From: an uncultured virus (IMG/VR IMGVR_UViG_3300047480_000789)
Taxonomy: Duplodnaviria; Heunggongvirae; Uroviricota; Caudoviricetes
IMG/VR virus record: IMGVR_UViG_3300047480_000789
Reading direction: 5' to 3' (one strand)
Length of the DNA stretch: 64,000 bases
The translations under genes were made by a program, and so were the position numbers. The notes under the pieces were generated by a model that made no database searches, was not told the origin of the DNA, and worked only from the letters and a program-made list of their open reading frames with translations. How positions within the stretch are numbered: the first letter of the stretch is position 1; each line of letters opens with the position of its first letter. Of the stretch, positions 20,327-30,780 are shown piece by piece.

Positions 20327-21579
20327 GTAAGGTATTTAATACCGATTCGAGAACCGACTATTGGAGATTCTAAAAATCTAATTTGATTACTGTTTGTGAT
20401 TTGATAACCTGTGTTTTCATATTCCACCATACCGTTAATGTTAATACTAACGACACTTTCAATATTACTTTGTAAATTATATAATAAAGTACTACCATCA
20501 TATGTGAAATACTCATCGACTAATTGCAATATTTTTCCGTAGTTACTCATTAACACAGTATTCTTACCTCTATAATATGCAATGGTAATTACGTCACCTG
20601 CACTCGGAGCACCTAAGAAAGTTATTCTCTGAGTTCCACCAATATGATAATAGTTCAAATCTTGTTCTTGTACAATACCATTAATTGACACATTGAATAA
20701 TACACCAATACTTTCACCAACACTATAAGTTGTTTGTGTTCCGTCGGCAATTAAACTAGCCACTGTTATATCTACAGATTTACTAATAACTTTTTTACTG
20801 ATTTTACTTCCAGTACCCATAAATTCCATCATAGTGAACATTCTACTAATTGCGGGTTTTACTTCAAACTCTTCACTATCAATAAGAAACCCTAACATTG
20901 TAAATTTATAGTTTTGTAAATAAAATCTACGACCATCAACTGTTTCAATTGGGCTATTATCATTAATCGAATCTAAAACAATTGGTATATAATGACCTTT
21001 AACTTTTGTATAATCTTGTCTTGATGCAAAATTCTGCATCACTTTTTTATTAAATCTATTTAAATCTCTAATTTTTGTACATACAATTGTTACTTCGTAT
21101 GTTATGTCGACAGGGATAGGTTGTGGAATCTTATAAATGTCAGCACCCATAGATTGACCGTTCCAAGTTGGTACGGTTGCATAATCAAATCTATGTCTAT
21201 CAGGAACAGTTCTTTGAACTGCAGGGTTAGTACCGAATTGAACTTCAGGTTGTCTGATTATTGATATAAATGGTAATTTAACATTTCCATCGTCATCAGA
21301 AAATTCCCAATTGTTTGAAAATTCACTCCATCTCTGAATGGTTAATATTTTTTCAATAACAGGTATTTTTTTACCGTCAGTTACCACAACAAAGGTATCT
21401 TTAACATAATCTAACATACCTTTATCCAAATCTTCGTGTAATATGGAATCAGGAAGAAATGAATCTGATTTGGTAATCATATCCAATAATTCCTGTCTTC
21501 TTTCTAAAATTCTTCCACCTCTGTAAGTTTCCTTATCTTCGTAGACGTTAATATCGTTTTTTCTTTTAGGTACACCCAT
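20323..21579 (-). CDS. Tail terminator/completion-like protein (gp15-like) with C-terminal beta repeats
   Basis: LPFISI...PVDITYEVTIV core; two C-terminal DG...SINGIVQE-type repeats; likely start MGVPKRK at 21579. Confidence 0.6.
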   Translation of the reverse strand: MGVPKRKNDINVYEDKETYRGGRILERRQELLDMITKSDSFLPDSILHEDLDKGMLDYVKDTFVVVTDGKKIPVIEKILTIQRWSEFSNNWEFSDDDGNVKLPFISIIRQPEVQFGTNPAVQRTVPDRHRFDYATVPTWNGQSMGADIYKIPQPIPVDITYEVTIVCTKIRDLNRFNKKVMQNFASRQDYTKVKGHYIPIVLDSINDNSPIETVDGRRFYLQNYKFTMLGFLIDSEEFEVKPAISRMFTMMEFMGTGSKISKKVISKSVDITVASLIADGTQTTYSVGESIGVLFNVSINGIVQEQDLNYYHIGGTQRITFLGAPSAGDVITIAYYRGKNTVLMSNYGKILQLVDEYFTYDGSTLLYNLQSNIESVVSININGMVEYENTGYQITNSNQIRFLESPIVGSRIGIKYLT

Positions 21580-21580
21580 A

Positions 21581-22093
21581 TTATACTCCTCTAAATTCGG
21601 TTTCCTGTGCCGGTACACAAACTATAGTTCTATAGTGTGGTTTATATCCAAACATTTTGTGTTTATTATCTGAAGTCACTTTACCATCATTTGATACTGT
21701 ATAATATCTTATTTTATCTTCAGAATCCTGATAACCAATAAAATCACCATACCTTATATCGACCCCTAATTCTTGTAAATGAGTTATATATACCGATAAT
21801 GTTAAGTTACCGGGTTCATTATAACGAACCATCCCACTTTTATATGTATTATTTTTAGGTTCGTCTATTTTAACCAATGCATTAAATTCAACAGGTGGGA
21901 AATACTTTATTTCATCCATACCCGCTTCGGCATATACGTCATCAGTGTCCGTTTTCTGTCTATCCACACGATAAAGGACTAATTTCATATTCAAATCACC
22001 GTGAAGATACTCTTGACCCATTTGTATATTAATGTCAAAGTCATCCTGTGAAAAGAATTTACCCAATCTTGTTATAGGTAGTTTAGTGCTCAT
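21581..22093 (-). CDS. Head closure / neck protein (gp14-like)
   Basis: DDVYAEA...F and GDFIGY motifs; next to tail completion and sheath genes. Confidence 0.6.
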   Translation of the reverse strand: MSTKLPITRLGKFFSQDDFDINIQMGQEYLHGDLNMKLVLYRVDRQKTDTDDVYAEAGMDEIKYFPPVEFNALVKIDEPKNNTYKSGMVRYNEPGNLTLSVYITHLQELGVDIRYGDFIGYQDSEDKIRYYTVSNDGKVTSDNKHKMFGYKPHYRTIVCVPAQETEFRGV

Positions 22094-22147
22094 ATGGTAA
22101 TAAATAGTTTAATGTTACATTCTATTTATGTATATTTTAGATATAAT

Positions 22148-23899
22148 ATGGAAACTAAGATTCCCGAAATAGAGGCAAGAAATATATTAAGTACGTATGA
22201 AGGTTCAAATAATCAATTATTGGATTGGAAACGTAAGTTTGTGGATGTTAAAAATTTTAAATTAACACGACCACAAGCCGAATATGTTATAAAATATAAA
22301 GATGTAACTCCAAAGGTTGCAAAAAAATATATTAATATAGTCTCAACATTTGGTGAGAAAATTATGGAAGAAAGACTTCTTCCTGTACCCCCTGAAAAAA
22401 TATGGTGTGAAAAATTATTATGTGATTCAGATAAAGCATTTCATATTTGGGGAAAAGTTTTAGAAAGTGACCAATTAAGTGCGATGTGGTTACCTAAGGC
22501 TGCGGTTGTACAAGAAGAAAAGAAACTCGACCGAGTAATTGATTATTCAAAATACGGTAGCCGTCCTCCAATGGATCATCAAAAAATTGCAATTGAAAAA
22601 TTACTTGCTAACAATAAATTTATATTAGCCGATGATATGGGTTTGGGTAAAACAACATCTGCCGTTATTGCATCGTTAGAAAGTAAAGCAAGGAAGATAC
22701 TTATAGTATGTCCCGCCTCTTTAAAAATAAATTGGGAAAGGGAAATAAGAAACTATTCCGATAGAAAAGTTTTAATTGTCGAAGGACGTAAATGGGGTTC
22801 TACTTTTGATTTCTACATTATTAACTATGATATTATTAAAAACTATCACACTACAGACAAGAGTGAAGATAGTGACGATTATAAACTTTTGGTTAATGCC
22901 AATTTTGACTTGGCAATCGTAGATGAAGCTCATTACATTTCAAATGCAACCGCAAACAGAACTCGTTTACTAAATGATGTACTTGAAACAATACCAAAAG
23001 TTTGGTTATTGACAGGTACACCTATGACATCAAGACCGATTAACTATTTCAACTTATTAAAAATTGTTGAATCCCCATTGACATTAAATTGGCAATCATA
23101 CGTTCGTAGATATTGTAAAGGTTACCAATTCAATGTGGGTAATCGTAAAGTATGGAACACAAGTGGAGCAAGTAATTTGGACGAACTTCGTGAACGAACA
23201 AAAAATCTTGTTTTACGAAGAATGAAAACCGACATTCTTGATTTACCTGAAAAAATTGTAACTCCTGTGTTTGTAGAATTAAGTAGTAAAATGTATGATG
23301 AGGAGCTAGAAGAATTTACACGTATTAGTAACGATAAGAAAAATGATGAAACAATAACGGTAACTTTAAATCGTTTAATGAAGATACGCCAACTTATTGC
23401 ATATGAGAAAATCCCATATACTTGTGAAATTATTGATAAATGTTTAGAACAAGGTAAGAAAGTTATTGTGTTAACAAACTTTACTATGACTCTTGATATG
23501 TTACACGAAAAATATAAAAAGAATTCGGTGACGCTCGATGGTCGTATGAACAAAGATAGACGACAAGAAAATGTTGATAGATTTCAAAACGACGATAAGA
23601 TTAAAGTGTTTATTGGTAACATAAAAGCTGCGGGTGTTGGTATCACATTAACGGCAGCGGAAGTTGTTATTATGAACGACCTATCATTTGTACCGGCAGA
23701 CCACTCACAAGGAGAAGACCGAGCATATCGTTATGGGCAAAAAAATAGTGTTCTCGTTTACTATCCTGTATTTGAGAACACTGTTGAAAAAATCATATAT
23801 AATATTTTACAAAAGAAAAAGAATGTAATTGACCAAGTTATGGGAGATGGAGAATATTCAGAATCTTTCAGTAAAGATTTACTTAAAAATCTCCTTTAA
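22148..23899 (+). CDS. SNF2/SWI2-family helicase
   Basis: LADDMGLGKT, DEAH, LTGTP, GITLT, QGEDRAYRYGQ motifs; likely start ATG 22148. Confidence 0.93.
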   Translation: METKIPEIEARNILSTYEGSNNQLLDWKRKFVDVKNFKLTRPQAEYVIKYKDVTPKVAKKYINIVSTFGEKIMEERLLPVPPEKIWCEKLLCDSDKAFHIWGKVLESDQLSAMWLPKAAVVQEEKKLDRVIDYSKYGSRPPMDHQKIAIEKLLANNKFILADDMGLGKTTSAVIASLESKARKILIVCPASLKINWEREIRNYSDRKVLIVEGRKWGSTFDFYIINYDIIKNYHTTDKSEDSDDYKLLVNANFDLAIVDEAHYISNATANRTRLLNDVLETIPKVWLLTGTPMTSRPINYFNLLKIVESPLTLNWQSYVRRYCKGYQFNVGNRKVWNTSGASNLDELRERTKNLVLRRMKTDILDLPEKIVTPVFVELSSKMYDEELEEFTRISNDKKNDETITVTLNRLMKIRQLIAYEKIPYTCEIIDKCLEQGKKVIVLTNFTMTLDMLHEKYKKNSVTLDGRMNKDRRQENVDRFQNDDKIKVFIGNIKAAGVGITLTAAEVVIMNDLSFVPADHSQGEDRAYRYGQKNSVLVYYPVFENTVEKIIYNILQKKKNVIDQVMGDGEYSESFSKDLLKNLL

Positions 23900-24889
23900 T
23901 TCTTTAATCTTTTCGTCTAACAACTTTTCTAAATTATCGTCTTCAAATTCGGTTATTGAAACTGTAATGTTTTTTGTTGTATCATCGTAATTTATTTGAT
24001 TTAGTTCGTCATTTCTTTTTAATGTGAATTCCACATTATTTCTACTACATAAAATTAGTAATTCATTTAGTTTTTCAGGTACTGGCATATGTTTTATTTT
24101 ATTATATTTTACGTATTCTTTTTTAACAATAATAGTTTTGTTTTCTTTCTTTAAATTTGGGGTGTTGTGAAATATAATTATAGAAGTGGACCCCCTCCAA
24201 TCATCCACATTACCATAACCATAATAATCAGTTTTATATGTTAAATCATTTTGTGAACCGGTTACGTAAAATTCATATCCCATATCCACAAACTTACCAC
24301 TTTTAATTTGCATCGTCTTTAAACTACCGTCAGGTAGTTTAAAACTTAAATCAATTCCATTCATATCATCACTATCACCATATTCAAATGTATAGTCAAT
24401 ATCAGTCACATCACCAAACGATTCCCTCAGTGACATAATAATCGATATAACTGTTATGTTACCACTATTCCAAGACTTAAGACATTTTACCTTCAATTCC
24501 CTAAGGTACTTGTCCGTTTTATTTTTTGTGAAAATTAAATCAAAAAATTCGTCAACAAATTCCCACATTTTCTTTGCGTTATATTCGTGATATAACGGAT
24601 TACCGAAATCGATAAACATATTGGGGTTGTACTTAATTCCCCATTTATAAAAAGATAAACAACAGTTTGGATGGGTGTTGATTCTATTTGTCCAAGACCA
24701 ATTACCATTATCATCATAATGCCCAAATTTCGTAGAATCTTTTCGATTAGGTCTCCATTTATTCAATGGTTCGTAGTGTCTTTTAAAACAATTTTGAGCC
24801 TCATTAAAATAGTGAGACTTCCAACCTTTACCATAATTCCAACCTTCATCAAATAGTTTTTGTATGAAGTTATAATCAACTGTATCCAT
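23879..24889 (-). CDS. Hypothetical protein with a PD-(D/E)xK-like nuclease motif
   Basis: DDMNGIDLSF...TMQIKSG. Confidence 0.5.
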   Translation of the reverse strand: MDTVDYNFIQKLFDEGWNYGKGWKSHYFNEAQNCFKRHYEPLNKWRPNRKDSTKFGHYDDNGNWSWTNRINTHPNCCLSFYKWGIKYNPNMFIDFGNPLYHEYNAKKMWEFVDEFFDLIFTKNKTDKYLRELKVKCLKSWNSGNITVISIIMSLRESFGDVTDIDYTFEYGDSDDMNGIDLSFKLPDGSLKTMQIKSGKFVDMGYEFYVTGSQNDLTYKTDYYGYGNVDDWRGSTSIIIFHNTPNLKKENKTIIVKKEYVKYNKIKHMPVPEKLNELLILCSRNNVEFTLKRNDELNQINYDDTTKNITVSITEFEDDNLEKLLDEKIKELKEIFK

Positions 24890-24928
24890 ATTACGAAATA
24901 TAAACTATTTATTGAAATATACCAAATT

Positions 24929-26044
24929 ATGGCACAGATTATTACGGAACAAGAGAAGAGTAAATTATACACACAGGTTTTTCACCTTTTAGGGATGCCT
25001 GTACGCGGCATTGAACTAACTGAGGAACAAATGGATACTTTTATGGAATTGTCCTTATCCGAATATGAACAATATGTTAGTGATTGGTTAATTGAATCTC
25101 AATGGTCATCTTTGGCCGGTTTAGATGTTGATACACAATCTCTTACACGTGCATTTACAACAAGAAGTATTGATTATGAAACCCAATTTACTCAAGCCTA
25201 TTCAAAAATTGTTGGTTTACAAGCTGGTGGTACAAATGAGTTAAAAAAGGATTTTATTACATTATCAGGTGGTACACAAACATATGAAATACCTGCAGGT
25301 CGTGAGATAAACGAATTATTATGGTTTACACGTGCGGAATTAAGTGATTCATTTGTTGATCCATTTATGGCTGGATTTGGTGGTTTAGGTGGCCTTGGTT
25401 TTGGTGGTGCGGGTGGTTTCGCACAAATGGGTAATTCAGGTTCTTACTTTATGATGCCGGCTTTTGATTTGTTATTAAGAATGCAAGATAGAAGTATGAA
25501 GAACCGTCTTATTGGTGGTGATTTAACTTATAGAATAACCGCCGGTCCCGAAGGAAAAAAATTATTACATTTATATAACGTGCCCGGTGGTAAGTTTGAT
25601 TACGGTTCTATTCAACAAAAGAATTATCAAGTTTGGTATTGGTATTATGAAACAATGGATAGAGACACTTGTCTTGCAAATAATAAAGACGTTATTAAAT
25701 TACCGTCAGATGTTGACACTGAACAATTAACTTGGGAAGGATTAAATAAACCAGCACAAAACTGGGTTAGAAAATATTTGATTGCTTATGCTAAAGAAGG
25801 ATTAGGTCGTATTTGGGGTAAATTTTCTGGTGATTTACAAGTACCTGATAGTACTGTTAAATTAGACTACCAATCATTAATTACTGAGGGTAAAGATGAA
25901 AAATCAAAATTGGCAGAAGAACTAATTGCTCGATTAGAGAGACTCCGCCCCGACAAAATCCTTGAAAGGAAAGCTGGCGAAGCGGAGAATCTTAATAAGG
26001 CACTTAAATTTAGGGCGATGCCAGCTCCTATTACGGTAATTTAA
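24929..26044 (+). CDS. Neck / head-tail adaptor protein (gp13-like)
   Basis: LGMPVRGIELTEEQ; WVRKYLIAYAKEGLGRIWGKF; TATTTATT motif upstream of ATG 24929. Confidence 0.75.
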   Translation: MAQIITEQEKSKLYTQVFHLLGMPVRGIELTEEQMDTFMELSLSEYEQYVSDWLIESQWSSLAGLDVDTQSLTRAFTTRSIDYETQFTQAYSKIVGLQAGGTNELKKDFITLSGGTQTYEIPAGREINELLWFTRAELSDSFVDPFMAGFGGLGGLGFGGAGGFAQMGNSGSYFMMPAFDLLLRMQDRSMKNRLIGGDLTYRITAGPEGKKLLHLYNVPGGKFDYGSIQQKNYQVWYWYYETMDRDTCLANNKDVIKLPSDVDTEQLTWEGLNKPAQNWVRKYLIAYAKEGLGRIWGKFSGDLQVPDSTVKLDYQSLITEGKDEKSKLAEELIARLERLRPDKILERKAGEAENLNKALKFRAMPAPITVI

Positions 26045-28938
26045 CTTTCAATTGCGTGTAATGCGTAATCGTTACCATTAGTCTCAATTATTTCTTCTTC
26101 ATTTGAAATAGTACTTTGCTCTTGAAGTGCCACTACTTTTCTATTATGTTCTACCCAATACGGGTCAGCAAGTTCTAAACTATTTTCAACATACATAAAA
26201 AATGGGTCACGACCTACACGGTTCCAAAAAATAACCTCACTATCAGATAATGTCATAACCTCATCCAATTTATCTTGACCCTCTTCTTTTAATGGATAAC
26301 CATTAACCAATTCACACTGTGCTTTAGTAAAATATTGTCTATCCTTAGGATCATCAATTAATATGTCTTCTCTAATCGACGGATGAAATACCACTAATAA
26401 TGGTTCAAGACGTTTATTAAAATTATTTAAATAACGAGGAACGTTATAGTCACCCTTTAAGTCAGGATTATTAGTTATTTCTTTTTCGTCAATCATATAA
26501 CAGTTAACCTCAATATAATCATTAGGCATTGGGGTTCCGTGTTTTGCTAAATATTCTTCCTGTTGTTTCTTAGTTGGTCTTGCAATTTTTTGAACGTCAC
26601 CCGAAGATTTCTTAACACCGTTATTGATATAATAAATTGTATCACCCAAACCTGCCGGATAATCATTAGCCATAATTAATTCCATATGTGCTTGTCTGGA
26701 CATTAACGAGCCGGCCTTTGTTGTTTTGGTAACGTACTTCTTATAATCTTCAATTGATTGTTTCACACGGGCCTTATTTGCAATCTTAGATAATGGTATT
26801 TCTTTATTGAATATCTTCTCAACATATTCATAGTATAATTCAACAAATGAATGACCGTCTCCACTTAACAAATACTTCAATCCTTCATCTAAGAACTCAA
26901 CAACGTATGTTTGTAATTTTTTAGATTTAATTGTATTACCTGTCAACTTAATTTTTTCTTTACCTTTTTTAACTAACTTGATAATATAATTCTTACGAGA
27001 TACATTAATACAAGCTGGTGCTGTGTAGTCAATATCTAAACCCATTTCATTTCTCATAAAGATATCATTGAATTCTGCAGTGTCGGCTTCAATACCTCGA
27101 TATTCTTTTCCTGCGACTACCAACTCATTGTTCCCTTTACCAATATAAACCGTTTCATCTATATTGTCAGGTGTTTCAAAGTTTACACCATCCGTATCCA
27201 TTACAAGTGGTTTATAACCTTTCTTCTGATAAAACATAATCATCATACGTAAACATTGACGACCAACACAAGTGATTGTTTCGCCCATATTCATATCTCC
27301 CCAAGGAAATACTTGCGGTGCCGACAAACTACCGAAATAAGCGTTGATGAAAATCTTAATTGGTAATTGTTTACGGTCATACATTTCCGATTGTACTGGA
27401 TCTGTATTTTTTAATTCTCCGGCAAGATGTTTATATTTGATACGAATATTACGGAAATATTTTAACATTGATTTTTGTACTCCCATAACATCACACTCAG
27501 GAAAAACATCGTACACTAACTGAATAGACGGGTAAAGTGATGAATAGTCAAACTTAACAATATTTTTTGAGTAACCGACATTTAATAAACGTGAAAGGCC
27601 CCCTGTGATGGAACGTTTTTCATCTTTTGCGGGTATTGCTAAATTGTTTTCGTATGACCACGCTAACATTATAATTTTCCACAATGTTGCAGTACCCATA
27701 GTTGCTATTCTTTCATATGTTGTCGGTACTAACTTAGAAAGTAAGAAAGTTGATTGTGAAAATGAATCGTCCACAACCATTGTCTCGTACAAGTCATCAT
27801 CAAGATATTGTTCAACAATTTTTCTTCCTGTCCATATTTCAAACTTACCTGGAAATCTTTCCATTAATCTTTCAGTACCCGGCTCACCAATTTGTTTGTA
27901 ACCACCCGTCTTAGGATTCACATAATAACTTTCATTATCTAAATATATTTTGGAAATTTTTCCACCATCAACGTACACACGATTTTCCTTTTCTTTTTCC
28001 AAATACTTTGTAATGTATTTCAACCCCCAAGATTTAATTTCGGAGTTAATAGCTTGTGCTCTACGAACTGAATGTGCAATATCGATAATATTAAATCCCC
28101 ATATTACGTGTTGTGTATATGGTTCGATTTCATTTGCAAGTTTTAACATCCCCTCTTTCTCTTTCATACCTTGGGTTGTGAAGATTTGTGTTAAACCATT
28201 TACGTCCACACCAAGAATTTGTGCTCGTTTTAATATAAACGGCCAATCAAAGAATGCTGAGTTATATCCTGCAATAATTGTTGGTTTTAATTCTTTAATG
28301 TGTTTGAAAAACTTCTCAATACATTTTTTCTCACCATCTTCACCGAAAGCGGGAATTGTTTCATTCAAACCACGATTATCTTTAATTCCAATCAAGATTA
28401 TATTACAAGTTTCGGGATCTAAACCTGTAGTCTCAATATCGAATACAAATCGATGAACACCACCATAATCCTCAATACCTTTAAATAATCTTTTTTTCTT
28501 CTGTATAAGATATTGTTCCACAGGATTTAAGATAGTAAAATACTGTCGATATTTTTCATCCCAAGGATTCAATCCGCCCATTCTAAAGAATGAAATTAAA
28601 TCGGTATATGACTTCATACTTTTAACGATATGTGTCATACCATTCTCTAAACGTTCATTACCGTGAGTGTCAAGTTTTTCGATAAGGATACCGAACTCAC
28701 CCATTCTTTTTTTCTGAACAGTTTTGGAGTTGTTATAAAAATTCAAACCACTCAAATCACCGACCCAAATAAATGGAGTGAATGTGTCTTGTTTTACTAT
28801 CTTACCCTTTTCAGGGTCTTGAATAATTTTGAAAATTGTATTTGTAGGGTAATCGTATTCGACACCGACGATATAATTTTCGTCGTCACCACCGTTTAGG
28901 AAATTTTCGATAACTTCCTGAGAGATAACCTCTTTCAT
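26041..28938 (-). CDS. Family B DNA polymerase with 3'-5' exonuclease
   Basis: DIETTG, YNSAFFDWPFI, DYSSLYPS, KIFINAYFG and DTDG motifs. Confidence 0.95.
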   Translation of the reverse strand: MKEVISQEVIENFLNGGDDENYIVGVEYDYPTNTIFKIIQDPEKGKIVKQDTFTPFIWVGDLSGLNFYNNSKTVQKKRMGEFGILIEKLDTHGNERLENGMTHIVKSMKSYTDLISFFRMGGLNPWDEKYRQYFTILNPVEQYLIQKKKRLFKGIEDYGGVHRFVFDIETTGLDPETCNIILIGIKDNRGLNETIPAFGEDGEKKCIEKFFKHIKELKPTIIAGYNSAFFDWPFILKRAQILGVDVNGLTQIFTTQGMKEKEGMLKLANEIEPYTQHVIWGFNIIDIAHSVRRAQAINSEIKSWGLKYITKYLEKEKENRVYVDGGKISKIYLDNESYYVNPKTGGYKQIGEPGTERLMERFPGKFEIWTGRKIVEQYLDDDLYETMVVDDSFSQSTFLLSKLVPTTYERIATMGTATLWKIIMLAWSYENNLAIPAKDEKRSITGGLSRLLNVGYSKNIVKFDYSSLYPSIQLVYDVFPECDVMGVQKSMLKYFRNIRIKYKHLAGELKNTDPVQSEMYDRKQLPIKIFINAYFGSLSAPQVFPWGDMNMGETITCVGRQCLRMMIMFYQKKGYKPLVMDTDGVNFETPDNIDETVYIGKGNNELVVAGKEYRGIEADTAEFNDIFMRNEMGLDIDYTAPACINVSRKNYIIKLVKKGKEKIKLTGNTIKSKKLQTYVVEFLDEGLKYLLSGDGHSFVELYYEYVEKIFNKEIPLSKIANKARVKQSIEDYKKYVTKTTKAGSLMSRQAHMELIMANDYPAGLGDTIYYINNGVKKSSGDVQKIARPTKKQQEEYLAKHGTPMPNDYIEVNCYMIDEKEITNNPDLKGDYNVPRYLNNFNKRLEPLLVVFHPSIREDILIDDPKDRQYFTKAQCELVNGYPLKEEGQDKLDEVMTLSDSEVIFWNRVGRDPFFMYVENSLELADPYWVEHNRKVVALQEQSTISNEEEIIETNGNDYALHAIES

Positions 28939-29027
28939 CTTAAATATTTTTTAAATGTGACACATTAGCTTACCGAAAATTCGGTAGTTAGCCTTAACAT
29001 TAAAAAATATAATTAAAAAAAACGGAA

Positions 29028-29399
29028 TTAAAAAATATTGATGTATAATCTTTCCTTGATTGGTAATATTAACTTAGTTGTGTTATTACCGTTGATATCT
29101 TTGAATTGAATGTTAATTTTACCTTCAAATCTACCAATTTCCGACGTTTGTTGTTCATTAAACCTATATGTGATATAATACTCATCTGTTGTCTGATTAT
29201 ATTTTTTTGTTCTATTCGTTAACAAACATTGATCACCTAATATTACGGGTTCACCAGTTTTTACGTCAGACATTTCAAATGTAATATCACATCCTGTTTC
29301 TAATAGGGTGTTAAATGATGACTTATCATTTTTACCGTCATCAATCATTCTCATTTTTAATATTGGGTCACTTGCCCCCTGTCTTATGTAAAATTCCAT
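29028..29399 (-). CDS. Hypothetical virion protein (BppU-N-like beta sandwich)
   Basis: 123 aa beta-rich (FYIRQG...GRFEGKINIQF...LILP); late motif upstream. Confidence 0.45.
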   Translation of the reverse strand: MEFYIRQGASDPILKMRMIDDGKNDKSSFNTLLETGCDITFEMSDVKTGEPVILGDQCLLTNRTKKYNQTTDEYYITYRFNEQQTSEIGRFEGKINIQFKDINGNNTTKLILPIKERLYINIF

Positions 29400-29411
29400 A
29401 TTTTATAAATA

Positions 29412-30737
29412 TTAACTAAATGATAATGATATTGCGTCACCAAATACAAACGGTGCGTTCGATGTTTTAGTTTGTGTACACGGTACGGTGGAAATTATAA
29501 AGAATGAACCATCCCCAATAGTTTGAATTTGAAACGACCCTAATGTTGTACTTGTATATGTTGCGGTGTCTCCGTTTTGTGAAATGGTAATAGTACCCGT
29601 ACCACCGGTGTATCCACTAAATTGTGATGTATAATCAGTTCCTGTACTGTCTTTGATATTGAAGTATAAATAAGTTACACCATCAACTTTATTGGGGTTA
29701 AATGTTTCATTGGGACTTCCATTATTTATTGTGAATATAGCATTACCGTCTGAAATAGGTGGACCAGCGTCAAACTCACCTGCAGCATCACTATAGAAAT
29801 ACCAAGAACCCACTCCTGAACTTTCAATTGTGGGTGTTGGAGTTGGTGTATCTGTAGGGTTAGGTGTGGGTGTTACAGTCGGAACACTTGACCCGCAAGT
29901 GATAAATGTATTTGTTGCACTACTATTTATCATCGACACGGGTATATTATTTTTATAATATAAAATTTCAACTGATGTACCCTCCTTTACACAAATTTCA
30001 TTTACAAACGTACCTGCTACAGTAAAATATATAGTATTTAACACATCACTATTGTCATAATATCTGACACGTATCCTATTGTTATTAACACCACTATTCG
30101 TTGCGTCATCTAAATCTAATTGAGAGACTTCAATAGTATAATATGTACTAACTATAGATGTTGAAGTCGGAGTTGGTGTACTTGTCGGTTCCGGCGTAGG
30201 TGTTGGGGTATCTGTTGACACTATCGTCGGAGTTGGGGTTGGGGTTGGGGTATCACTAGAAATTGGTGTATCAGTCGGCGTTGGAGTTGGAGTTGGAGTT
30301 GGAGTATTACTAGGAATTGGTGTTTCCGTTGGTGTTGGTGTTGGTGTATCTGTAGGAGTTATTAAATTTTCACCATATGATGTCCAATATCCATTGTTAT
30401 TTAACCAAATTTTTGCGTCGTCAGCGTCGGTAAAAGGATTTAATCCTTCAGTAATTGGTAACACATTTAACAAATCCAAAAATGATTGATTAGTTAAATC
30501 TGTAGACCTCCAAAAATTAACATACGAACCAACATTAACAGATGTTGAGTGGTCGCCTGTTGGCACTTGGTTTACTATTATATACCCTAAATCTTCATCA
30601 GGTCCCATCCACCATTTAACTCCACCCGGATTTATTGAATAATCTTGATTTGAAACTCCAACTGCGATGTTTCCTATTTGTATTGTTCCTGATATGGTGA
30701 AACCTGTGTTGTATGTAAAGGGTCTTGTTGTTGCCAT
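29412..30737 (-). CDS. Pro/Thr-repeat-linked multidomain virion surface protein
   Basis: Two PT-repeat linkers separating beta-rich domains; late motif upstream. Confidence 0.6.
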   Translation of the reverse strand: MATTRPFTYNTGFTISGTIQIGNIAVGVSNQDYSINPGGVKWWMGPDEDLGYIIVNQVPTGDHSTSVNVGSYVNFWRSTDLTNQSFLDLLNVLPITEGLNPFTDADDAKIWLNNNGYWTSYGENLITPTDTPTPTPTETPIPSNTPTPTPTPTPTDTPISSDTPTPTPTPTIVSTDTPTPTPEPTSTPTPTSTSIVSTYYTIEVSQLDLDDATNSGVNNNRIRVRYYDNSDVLNTIYFTVAGTFVNEICVKEGTSVEILYYKNNIPVSMINSSATNTFITCGSSVPTVTPTPNPTDTPTPTPTIESSGVGSWYFYSDAAGEFDAGPPISDGNAIFTINNGSPNETFNPNKVDGVTYLYFNIKDSTGTDYTSQFSGYTGGTGTITISQNGDTATYTSTTLGSFQIQTIGDGSFFIISTVPCTQTKTSNAPFVFGDAISLSFS

Positions 30738-30780
30738 TTTGTTATATAAATACTTTTATTTTTTCTCTATTTTAAAATTT

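Noticed and set aside
26041..28938. Intein or intron in the polymerase (terminase and helicase also checked)
   Set aside because: Motifs are colinear, and no intein splice-junction or LAGLIDADG signatures or frame breaks were seen.
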